A stretch of 64,000 nucleotides of DNA from Rebecca billardiae RCC1528 (lineage: Eukaryota; Protista; Haptophyta): positions 806,001 to 870,000 of the forward strand of contig OZ251238.1 in assembly GCA_965240325.2 (NCBI GenBank), given 5' to 3'. Numbering within the stretch: the first letter of the stretch is position 1; the number at the start of each line of letters is the position of its first letter. The notes beneath the pieces were generated by a model. The model was not told the DNA's origin and searched no databases. It saw only the letters and a program-made list of their open reading frames with translations. Positions 32,932 through 44,699 of the stretch are shown here, in pieces. A program made the position numbers and the translations under genes.

Positions 32932-35900
32932 ATGTCGTCGAGTCTGTTCCTCTCAACACTCTACTTCGATCCGAACGGCGGCACGAACTCGTACATGCGC
33001 GTGTGCGCTGTTGGCGGCTGCGTTCAGCTCGACGCGATACAGTCGTATAACGTGCCCGCCTCGGGCGCAGGTGCGTATGGTGCATCGAACACGCTGAGGA
33101 ACTCGAGAATCGAGGCGCCCGATTGCACCTACCTTATCGATGCCGCTCGGCCCACGGATCCCGCCGTGATCGAGCTGCGCACCTCCCAAGGCCTGGGCTC
33201 GCTTGACATTGACGCGATGGACGGCGATGACTCCTTCACGATCGAGTACACCCGCGGCTGCACGGGCAACTCGCCGGCCGCGACGCTGTCGATGGGCACG
33301 TTCGACGACACGTTCCAGGGCGGGGCCTTCACCGTGTGCACGCTCACCGACGGCGCGATCCAGGGCGAGCTCACTATCGACGCCATCGAGAATGGGTACG
33401 ACTACTTTGCAGACACGGCGCTCGCGAGCTGCCCGTGGTCCTTCGGCGGCCTCACGCCAAGCTCGCCGCCTTCCGCGCCGCCGCCCGCACCGCCTGCGCC
33501 GCCGCCCTGGCCGCCCGGGCTCCCGCCCCAACCGCCGCTGCCGCCTCGCCCGCCCATCCCCGTGCTGCCGGGCCTCTCGATCACGTCCGGCAGCACGCAC
33601 TCGTGCCTGATCGACCCGACGAGCTCGACGATCAAGTGCTGGGGCGACGGCGGCAACGGCCGGCTCGGCACGGGCGACACGTCCGACCGCGGCGGCCAGC
33701 CGAACGAGATGAGCGACGCGCTGCCGGAGCTCGATCTGGGCGTTGCCGGCGAGGCCCCGCTCGAGGTGTACGCCGGCGACGCGCACACATGCGTCCGCTT
33801 CGAGAGCGGCCGTCTCAAGTGCTTTGGCGCTGGCTCGGGCGGGCGCCTCGGCCTGGGCGACGAGCAGGACCGCGGTGACCAGCCCGGCGAGCTGGGCAAC
33901 GCGCTGCCCTGGGTCGACCTTGGCGACGGCCTGAGCGTGCACACGCTCTCGCTCGGCACGAGTCACGCGTGCGCGCTGCTCGAAAGCGCCCGTCTCAAGT
34001 GCTGGGGCGACAACTCGGAAGGGCAGCTCGGGTACGGCGACACGACGACGCGTGGCGTGCTGTCGTCGCAGATGGGCGACTCACTGCCCTTTGTGGACCT
34101 CGGCGCGGGCGCCAACGTGACGGCCGTGAGCGCGGGCGAGACGACGACATGCGCCGTGCTCAACATTGGCGCGCACTCGGGCGTGCTCAAGTGGTGCGTG
34201 CTCGCGCGCTCCCGCCGCCATCGTGCGCCTCGTCCCTTGGCCCCTTGCCGGCGCGTGACACGCGTGCGCGTGCGACCGCACGCGCGCGGTCTGCATCGGC
34301 CCCGCCTGACGTGACTCTCCCACCGCCGTTGCCCCGCCCCTCGCTTGCCTCCACAGCTGGGGCCGTGGAAGTTCCGGCCAGCTCGGCACGGAGGACGCCA
34401 ACTCGCGCGGCGCCACGCCCGGCTCGATGGGCGACGCTCTCCCGCTGATCGCGCTCGGCACGAACGCCGCCTCGATCGAGTCTGTCGCCGCGGGCGCAAA
34501 CCGTGCGTGCGCGCGCCGTGCTCCTCGCCCAGCCGCGCGCCGCGCGCACGAGCACACGCGCAGCGCGCTGAGGGACCGCTGCTCAGCGCATGGCGTGGCC
34601 CCGCTCGCCACGCACGCCGCGCGCAGACACGTGCGTGCTGCTCGACGTGGATGGCAACGGGCTGGGCGGCGACGTGGTGTGCTTCGGCTCTGGCGAGGAC
34701 GGACGACTCGGCACGGAAGACAACCGCACGCGCGGAGACGCGCCGGGCACCATGGGCGACGCCCTCGGCGCCATCAGCCTCGGCGCCAACTACGACGCCA
34801 AGTCGATCTCCGCCTCTGCGCGTGGCTCGTGCGCTGTGGTCACGGGCGGCTTCCTCAAATGTGCGGCGCGCAGCGCGCGCCCGCGTGCGCGCCCTTGCGC
34901 AAGGAGTCGTGCGCCCCGCGCCGCCTCGCGCCGCGCCACACATGCGGCTCACCGCTTCGCAACCTGACGCCGTGCGCGCGCAGGCTGGGGCAGCGGCTCG
35001 AACGGAAGGCTCGGGCAGGGGGACACCCTCTCGCGGGGAGACCGGTCGGGGACCATGGGCGACGCGCTGCCGCCGGTCAACCTGGGCACCGACTATGAGG
35101 ATGACTATGAGCCCGACACCCCGCGCGAGACGGATCCGGACGGCCCGGACTGCGATGCCATCTTGGAGGAGCGCGCGCGGGGCAAGGCGCTCGGGCACGA
35201 CAACAACAACAGCATCGGGCAGGGCCGGCGCAGGCTCAAGTTCGTGTACCGCGACGACTACCATCCGGTCAAGGGCTCGAAGCGCGCGCTGGCCTCCTCG
35301 TTCGGGCGTGATCACAATTGCGTGTACTCGGCGAGCGGAGTCCGATGTGCGCGCACGACTCGCGTCTTCATCGCGCGGCCGTGAGCGCGCTGCCCCTGCC
35401 TCGTGTCCGCCTTGCAACTCACTCCACTTGCCGCGCGACCCCGCCGCGCGCGCAGGCTTTGGCGATGGATCGAAAGGGCAGACGGGCCAAGGCGACCGTG
35501 AAGCGCGCGGCGACAAGGTGTGCGACATGGGCGACTACCTCGGCGATGTGGCGGTGGCATCCAGCCCGCCACCAGCGCCGCCGCCTCTCCCGCCACCCAG
35601 CCCGCCACCGCCGAGCCCGCCACCGCCGCCCGCACCGCCTTCGCCGCCGCCCTGGCCGCCCGCGCTCCCGCCCCAACCGCCGCTGCCGCCTCGCCCGCCC
35701 ATCCCCGTGCTGCCGGGCCTCTCGATCACGTCCGGCAGCACGCACTCGTGCCTGATCGACCCGACGAGCTCGACGATCAAGTGCTGGGGCGACGGCGGCA
35801 ACGGCCGGCTCGGCACGGGCGACACGTCCGACCGCGGCGGCCAGCCGAACGAGATGAGCGACGCGCTGCCGGAGCTCGATCTGGGCGTTGCCGACGAGGC

Positions 35901-38900
35901 CCCGCTCGAGGTGTACGCCGGCGACGCGCACACATGCGTCCGCTTCGAGAGCGGCCGTCTCAAGTGCTTTGGCGCTGGCTCGGGCGGGCGCCTCGGCCTG
36001 GGCGACGAGCAGGACCGCGGTGACCAGTCCGGCGAGCTGGGCAACGCGCTGCCTTGGGTCGACCTTGGCGACGGCCTGAGCGTGCACACGCTCTCGCTCG
36101 GCACGAGTCACGCGTGCGCGCTGCTCGAAAGCGCCCGTCTCAAGTGCTGGGGCGACAACTCGGAAGGGCAGCTCGGGTACGGCGACACGACGACGCGCGG
36201 CGTGCTGTCGTCGCAGATGGGCGACTCACTGCCCTTTGTGGACCTCGGCGCGGGCGCCAACGTGACGGCCGTGAGCGCGGGCGAGACGACGACATGCGCC
36301 GTGCTCAACATTGGCGCGCACTCGGGCGTGCTCAAGTGGTGCGTGCTCGCGCGCTCCCGCCGCCATCGTGCGCCTCGTCCCTTGGCCCCTTTCCGGCGCG
36401 TGCACGCGTGCGCGTGCGACCGCACGCGCGCGGTCTGCATCGGCCCCGCCTGACGTGACTCTCCCACCGCCGTTGCCCCGCCCCTCGCTTGCCTCCACAG
36501 CTGGGGCCGCGGAAGTTCCGGCCAGCTCGGCACGGAGGACGCCAACTCGCGCGGCGCCACGCCCGGCTCGATGGGCGACGCTCTCCCGCTGATCGCGCTC
36601 GGCACGAACGCCGCCTCGATCGAGTCTGTCGCCGCGGGCGCAAACCGTGCGTGCGCGCGCCGTGCTCCTCGCCCAGCCGCGCGCCGCGCGCACGAGCACA
36701 CGCGCAGCGCGCTGACGGACCGCTGCTCGGCGCATGGCGTGGCCCCGCTCGCCACGCACGCCGCGCGCAGACACGTGCGTGCTGCTCGACGCGGATGGCA
36801 ACGGGCTGGGCGGCGACGTGGTGTGCTTCGGCTCTGGCGAGGACGGACGACTCGGCACGGAAGACAACCGCACGCGCGGAGACGCGCCGGGCACCATGGG
36901 CGACGCCCTCGGCGCCATCAGCCTCGGCGCCAACTACGACGCCAAGTCGATCGCCGCCTCTGCGCGTGGCTCGTGCGCTGTGGTCACGGGCGGCTTCCTC
37001 AAATGTGCGGCGCGCAGCGCGCGCCCGCGTGCGCGCCCTTGCGCAAGGAGTCGTGCGCCCCGCGCCGCCTCGCGCCGCGCCGCACGTGCGGCTCACCGCT
37101 TCGCAACCCGACGCCGTGCGCGCGCAGGCTGGGGCAGCGGCTCGAACGGAAGGCTCGGGCAAGGGGACACCCTCTCGCGGGGAGACCGGTCGGGGACCAT
37201 GGGTGACGCGCTGCCGCCGGTCAACCTGGGCACCGACTATGAGGATGACTATGAGCCCGACACTCCGCGCGTGACAGATCCGGACGGCCCGGACTGCGAT
37301 GCCATCTTGGAGGAGCGCGCGCGGGGCAAGGCGCTCGGGCACGACAACAACAACAGCATCGGGCAGGGCCGGCGCAGGCTCAAGTTCGTGTACCGCGACG
37401 ACTACCATCCGATCAAGGGCTCGAAGCGCGCGCTGGCCTCCTCGTTCGGGCGTGATCACAATTGCGTGTACTCGGCGAGCGGAGTCCGATGTGCGCGCAC
37501 GACTCGCGTCTTCATCGCGCGGCCGTGAGCGCGCTGCCCCTGCCTCGTGTCCGCCTTGCAACTCACTCCACTTGCCGCGCGACCCCGCCGCGCGCGCAGG
37601 CTTTGGCGATGGATCGAAAGGGCAGACGGGCCAAGGCGACCGTGAAGCGCGCGGCGACAAGGTGTGCGACATGGGCGACTACCTCGGCGATGTGGCGGTG
37701 GCATCCAGTCCGCCACCAGCGCCGCCGCCTCTCCCGCCACCCAGCCCGCCACCGCCGAGCCCGCCGCCGCCGCCCACACCGCCGCCCGCACCGCCTTCGC
37801 CGCCGCCCTGGCCGCCCGCGCTCCCGCCCCAACCGCCGCTGCCGCCTCGCCCGCCCATCCCCGTGCTGCCGGGCCTCTCGATCACGTCCGGCAGCACGCA
37901 CTCGTGCCTGATCGACCCGACGAGCTCGGTGATCAAGTGCTGGGGCGACGGCGGCAACGGCCGGCTCGGCACGGGCGACACGTCCGACCGCGGCGGCCAG
38001 CCGAACGAGATGAGCGACGCGCTGCCGGAGCTCGATCTGGGCGTTGCCGGCGAGGCCCCGCTCGAGGTGTACGCCGGCGACGCGCACACATGCGTCCGCT
38101 TCGAGAGCGGCCGTCTCAAGTGCTTTGGCGCTGGCTCGGGCGGGCGCCTCGGCCTGGGCGACGAGCAGGACCGCGGTGACCAGCCCGGCGAGCTGGGCAA
38201 CGCGCTGCCCTGGGTCGACCTTGGCGACGGCCTGAGCGTGCACACGCTCTCGCTCGGCACGAGTCACGCGTGCGCGCTGCTCGAAAGCGCCCGTCTCAAG
38301 TGCTGGGGCGACAACTCGGACGGGCAGCTCGGGTACGGCGACACGACGACGCGCGGCGTGCTGTCGTCGCAGATGGGCGACTCACTGCCCTTTGTGGACC
38401 TCGGCGCGGGCGCCAACGTGACGGCCGTGAGCGCGGGCGAGACGACGACATGCGCCGTGCTCAACATTGGCGCGCACTCGGGCGTGCTCAAGTGGTGCGT
38501 GCTCGCGCGCTCCCGCCGCCATCGTGCGCCTCGTCCTTCCGGCGCGTGACACGCGTGCGCGTGCGACCGCACGCGCGCGGTCTGCATCGGCCGCGCCTGA
38601 CGTGACTCTCCCACCGCCGTTGCCCCGCCCCTCGCTTGCCTCCACAGCTGGGGCCGCGGAAGTTCCGGCCAGCTCGGCACGGAGGACGCCAACTCGCGCG
38701 GCGCCACGCCCGGCTCGATGGGCGACGCTCTCCCGCTGATCGCGCTCGGCACGAACGCCGCCTCGATCGAGTCTGTCGCCGCGGGCGCAAACCGTGCGTG
38801 CGCGCGCCGTGCTCCTCGCCCAGCCGCGCGCCGCGCGCACGAGCACACGCGCAGCGCGCTGAGGGACCGCTGCTCGGCGCATGGCGTGGCCCCGCTCACC

Positions 38901-41900
38901 ACGCACGCCGCGCGCAGACACGTGCGTGCTGCTCGACGCGGATGGCAACGGGCTGGGCGGCGACGTGGTGTGCTTCGGCTCTGGCGAGGACGGACGACTC
39001 GGCACGGAAGACAACCGCACGCGCGGAGACGCGCCGGGCACCATGGGCGACGCCCTCGGCGCCATCAGCCTCGGCGCCAACTACGACGCCAAGTCGATCG
39101 CCGCCTCTGCGCGTGGCTCGTGCGCTGTGGTCACGGGCGGCTTCCTCAAATGTGCGGCGCGCAGCGCGCGCCCGCGTGCGCGCCCTTGCGCAAGGAGTCG
39201 TGCGCCCCGCGCCGCCTCGCGCCGCGCCGCACGTGCGGCTCACCGCTTCGCAACCCGACGCCGTGCGCGCGCAGGCTGGGGCAGCGGCTCGAACGGAAGG
39301 CTCGGGCAAGGGGACACCCTCTCGCGGGGAGACCGGTCGGGGACCATGGGTGACGCGCTGCCGCCGGTCAACCTGGGCACCGACTATGAGGATGACTATG
39401 AGCCCGACACTCCGCGCGTGACAGATCCGGACGGCCCGGACTGCGATGCCATCTTGGAGGAGCGCGCGCGGGGCAAGGCGCTCGGGCACGACAACAACAA
39501 CAGCATCGGGCAGGGCCGGCGCAGGCTCAAGTTCGTGTACCGCGACGACTACCATCCGATCGAGGGCTCGAAGCGCGCGCTGGCCTCCTCGTTCGGGCGT
39601 GATCACAATTGCGTGTACTCGGCGAGCGGAGTCCGATGTGCGCGCACGACTCGCACCTTCATCGCGCCGCCGTGCGTGCGCGGCTGCTGCCTCGCGCCCG
39701 CCTTGCAACTCACTCTCGCTTTCCGCGCGACCCCGCCGCGTGCGCAGGCTTTGGCGATGGATCGAAGGGGCAGACGGGCCAAGGCGACCGTGAAGCGCGC
39801 GGCGACAAGGTGTGCGACATGGGCGACTACCTCGGCGATGTGGCGGTGGCATCCAGCCCGCCACCAGCGCCGCCGCCTCTCCCGCCACCCAGCCCGCCAC
39901 CGCCGAGCCCGCCGCCGAGCCCGCCACCGGGCTCGCCGCCGCCGACGCCGCCTCCGCCTGTACCAACTCCACCGCCAAGCCCGCCACCGAGCCCGCCGCC
40001 GAGCCCGCTGCCGTCGCCGCCGCCTAGCCCGCCGCCAAAGCCGCCGCCGCTGCCGTTGCCGCCGCCCAGCCCGCCGCCGAGCCCGCCGCCGTCACCACCG
40101 CCGAGCCCGCCGCCTGCCCCTCCGCCTTCGCTGCCACCGAGCCCGCCACCCAGCCCGCCGCCGTCCCCACCGCCGCCATCGCCACCGCCTTCGCCGCCGC
40201 CATCGCCGCCGCCGAGCCCGCCACCGCCGAGCCCGCCACCCAGCCCGCCGCCGCCGAGCCCGCCTCCGAGTCCTCCGCCGAGCCCACCGCCGAGCCCACC
40301 ACCGCCGCCCTCGCCACCGCCCTCGCCGCCGCCCTCGCCGCCGCCTTCGCCGCCGCCAAGCCCGCCACCGCCGAGCCCGCCACCCAGCCCGCCGCCGCCG
40401 AGCCCGCCACCCAGCCCGCCGCCGTCACCGCCGCCACCAAGCCCGCCGCCGAGCCCGCCGCCGAGCCCGCCTGCGAGCCCGCCGCCGCCCAGCCCGCCGC
40501 CCAGCCCGCCGCCCAGCCCGCCGCCCAGCCCGCCGCCACCGCCGAGCCCGCCGCCGAGCCCGCCGCCCAGCCCGCCGCCGTCACCACCGCCGAGCCCACC
40601 GCCGCCCAGCTCGCCGCCGTCACCGCCGCCGAGCCCGCCTCCGAGTCCGCCGCCGTCGCCACCGCCGAGCCCGCCGCCGAGTCCTCCTCCAAGCCCGCCG
40701 CCCAGCCCACCGCCGCCGCCCACGCCGCCGCCCTCGCCGCCGCCCTCGCCGCCGCCCTCGCCGCCGCCGAGCCCGCCACCGCCGAGCCCACCACCCAGCC
40801 CGCCGCCGCCGAGCCCGCCTCCGAGTCCTCCGCCGAGCCCACCGCCCAGCCCACCGCCGCCACCCTCGCCACCGCCCTCGCCGCCGCCCTCGCCGCCGCC
40901 CTCGCCGCCGCCGAGCCCGCCACCGCCGAGCCCACCACCCAGCCCGCCGCCGCCGAGCCCGCCTCCGAGTCCTCCACCGAGCCCACCGCCGAGCCCACCG
41001 CCCTCACCGCCGCCGCCCTCGCCCCCGCCGTCGCCGCCGCCGAGCCCGCCGCCGAGCCCGCCACCGAGCCCACCGCCGCCACCGAGCCCGCCGCCGAGCC
41101 CACCGCCCAGCCCGCCGCCCAGCCCGCCGCCGAGCCCGCCGCCGAGCCCACCGCCCAGCCCGCCGCCAAGCCCGCCGCCGAGCCCGCCGCCGAGCCCGCC
41201 GCCGAGCCCACCGCCGTCGCCGCCACCGCCGAGCCCGCCGCCGAGTCCGCCGCCGAGTCCGCCGCCAAGCCCGCCGCCACCCAGCCCGCCTCCGAGTCCG
41301 CCACCCAGCCCCCCGCCGAGCCCACCACCGTCGCCGCCACCGCCCTCGCCGCCGCCATCCCCGCCTCCGAGCCCACCACCGCACCCGTCGCCGCCGGCGC
41401 CGCCGCCGAGCCCGCCGCCGTCGCCGCCGCCAAGCCCGCCGCCGAGCCCGCCGCCGAGCCCGCCGCCGCCGCCCAGCCCGCCGCCCAGCCCGCCGCCCAG
41501 CCCGCCGCCGAGCCCGCCGCCGAGCCCGCCGCCGAGCCCGCCGCCGAGCCCGCCGCCGAGCCCACCGCCATCGCCGCCACCGCCGAGCCCGCCGCCGAGC
41601 CCGCCGCCAAGCCCGCCGCCAAGCCCGCCGCCCAGTCCGCCACCAAGCCCGCCGCCCAGCCCGCCGCCGTCACCACCGCCAAGCCCGCCGCCGCCGAGCC
41701 CGCCGCCGAGCCCACCGCCAAGCCCGCCGCCCAGCCCACCGCCGCCGCCAAGCCCGCCGCCGAGCCCGCCGCCGAACCCGCCGCCGAGCCCGCCGCCGAG
41801 CCCGCCGCCGAGCCCGCCGCCGAGCCCGCCGCCGAGCCCGCCACCGAGCCCGCCGCCGAGCCCGCCGCCGAGCCCGCCGCCGAGCCCACCGCCTTCGCCG

Positions 41901-42594
41901 CCACCGCCGAGCCCACCGCCCAGCCCGCCGCCAAGCCCGCCGCCCAGCCCGCCGCCAAGCCCGCCGCCGCCAAGCCCCCCGCCGTCACCACCGCCGAGCC
42001 CGCCGCCGCCGAGCCCGCCGCCGAGCCCGCCGCCGAGCCCGCCGCCGTCGCCACCGCCAAGCCCGCCGCCGAGCCCGCCGCCGAGCCCGCCGCCGAGCCC
42101 ACCGCCGCCGCCGAGCCCGCCGCCGAGCCCGCCGCCGAGCCCGCCGCCGAGCCCGCCGCCGAGCCCGCCGCCGAGCCCGCCGCCGAGCCCGCCGCCGAGC
42201 CCGCCGCCGAGCCCGCCGCCGAGCCCGCCGCCGAGCCCGCCGCCGAGCCCACCGCCGTCACCGCCACCGCCGAGCCCGCCGCCGAGCCCGCCGCCAAGCC
42301 CGCCACCAAGCCCGCCGCCGAGCCCGCCGCCCAGCCCGCCGCCTTCGCCGCCGCCGTCACCACCGCCGAGCCCACCGCCGCCGAGCCCGCCGCCAAGCCC
42401 GCCACCAAGCCCGCCACCGAGCCCGCCGCCGTCGCCACCGCCGAGCCCGCCGCCGCCGAGCCCGCCGCCGTCGCCGCCGCCAAGCCCACCGCCGTCGCCA
42501 CCGCCGAGCCCGCCGCCGCCGAGCCCACCACCGAGCCCGCCGCCAAGCCCGCCGCCGTCGCCACCGCCGAGCCCGCCGCCCTCGCCGCCACCGA

Positions 42595-42633
<39 letters not shown>

Positions 42634-44652
42634 CGAGCCCGCCGCCGAGCCCGCCGCCGAGCCCGCCGCCGAGCCCGCCGCCGAGCCCGCCGCCGAGCCC
42701 GCCGCCGAGCCCGCCGCCGAGCCCGCCGCCGAGCCCGCCGCCGAGCCCGCCACCGTCGCCTCCGCCGCCGAGCCCGCCGCCGAGCCCGCCGCCAAGCCCG
42801 CCGCCAAGCCCGCCGCCCAGTCCGCCACCGAGCCCGCCGCCCAGCCCGCCGCCGTCACCACCGCCGAGCCCGCCGCCGCCGAGCCCGCCGCCGTCACCGC
42901 CGCCAAGCCCACCGCCGAGCCCGCCGCCGTCACCGCCGCCAAGCCCACCGCCGAGCCCGCCGCCGAGCCCGCCGCCGAGCCCACCGCCCAGCCCGCCGCC
43001 GAGCCCGCCGCCGAGCCCGCCGCCGAGCCCGCCGCCGAGCCCGCCGCCTTCGCCGCCGCCTTCGCCGCCGCCGTCCCCTCCACCGTCGCCGCCGCCGAGC
43101 CCACCGCCATCGCCGCCTCCAAGCCCGCCACCGAGCCCGCCACCCAGCCCGCCGCCCAGCCCGCCGCCGAGCCCGCCGCCCAGCCCGCCGCCGAGCCCGC
43201 CGCCTTCGCCCCCGCCGTCGCCGCCGCCGAGTCCACCGCCGTCGCCACCGCCGAGCCCACCGCCATCGCCGCCTCCCAGCCCGCCGCCGAGCCCGCCGCC
43301 GAGCCCGCCGCCGAGCCCGCCGCCGAGCCCGCCGCCGAGCCCGCCGCCGAGCCCGCCGCCGAGCCCGCCACCCAGCCCGCCACCCAGCCCGCCGCCCAGC
43401 CCGCCGCCGAGCCCGCCGCCCAGCCCGCCGCCGAGCCCGCCGCCGAGCCCGCCGCCGAGCCCGCCGCCGAGCCCACCGCCATCGCCGCCTCCAAGCCCGC
43501 CACCCAGCCCGCCACCCAGCCCGCCGCCCAGCCCGCCGCCGAGCCCGCCGCCCAGCCCGCCGCCGAGCCCGCCGCCGAGCCCGCCGCCGAGCCCACCGCC
43601 ATCGCCGCCGCCAAGCCCGCCACCCAGCCCGCCACCCAGCCCGCCGCCGAGCCCGCCGCCGAGCCCGCCGCCGAGCCCGCCGCCGAGCCCGCCTCCAAGC
43701 CCGCCGCCGAGCCCGCCGCCCAGCCCGCCGCCCAGTCCGCCGCCGAGCCCGCCGCCTTCGCCGCCGCCGTCCCCTCCACCGTCGCCGCCTCCGAGCCCAC
43801 CGCCGTCGCCACCACCCAGTCCCCCGCCGTCGCCGCCACCGAGCCCGCCACCAAGCCCACCTCCCAGCCCGCCGCCGAGCCCGCCGCCATCGCCGCCGCC
43901 CTCACCCCCGCCCAGTCCGCCGCCGAGTCCGCCACCGTCCCCACCTCCGAGCCCACCGCCATCGCCGCCTCCCAGCCCGCCACCCAGCCCGCCGCCCAGC
44001 CCGCCACCCAGCCCACCACCCAGCCCGCCGCCGTCGCCACCGCCCTCGCCGCCGCCCTCGCCGCCGCCATCGCCGCCACCGAGCCCGCCACCCAGCCCGC
44101 CGCCGCCATCGCCGCCGCCATCGCCGCCGCCATCGCCGCCGCCATCGCCGCCGCCCAGCCCGCCACCGAGCCCGCCGCCGTCGCCGCCGCCGTCGCCGCC
44201 TCCGCCGAGCCTGCCGCCGAGCCCGCCGCCGAGCCCACCGCCCTCGCCACCATCACCACCGCCGCCCAGCCCTGGCCCTACTCACCCCTCGCCGCCGCCG
44301 GCGCCGCCAGCGCCGCCGCCGGACATGACCGTGCAGGACTACGTCGAGCTCAAGCTCAACCTGACGGGCCTGGACGTGGGCGTTGTGACGGCGGACCTGC
44401 TCGCCGCGATTGCGGAAGAAGCGGGCGTGGACCCCGCACGCCTCTCGATCGAGCGCATCGAGCCGCTGGGCGATGGCGCGTCGCTGGTCGTGGTCAAGTC
44501 GACGGCCAACCCGGCCGCGGGCGAGACGCTGACCGACCTCTCCTCTCTGTTGAAGGAGGTGTCTGAGCAGCCCCCACCGCAGGCGCCGCTGGACGCGCTG
44601 AGCTCGGAGCTGGGCTACACGCTGATCGATGTGCAGCGGCAAGTGCCGCCAT

Positions 44653-44699
<47 letters not shown>

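Noticed and set aside
38881-44328. 1,815-aa Arg-rich (+) ORF and 1,411-aa Ala/Gly-rich (-) ORF over the rod
   Set aside because: Shadow frames of the CCG/AGC repeat. Only the Ser-Pro frame connects to the spliced RCC1 exons and the downstream modules.
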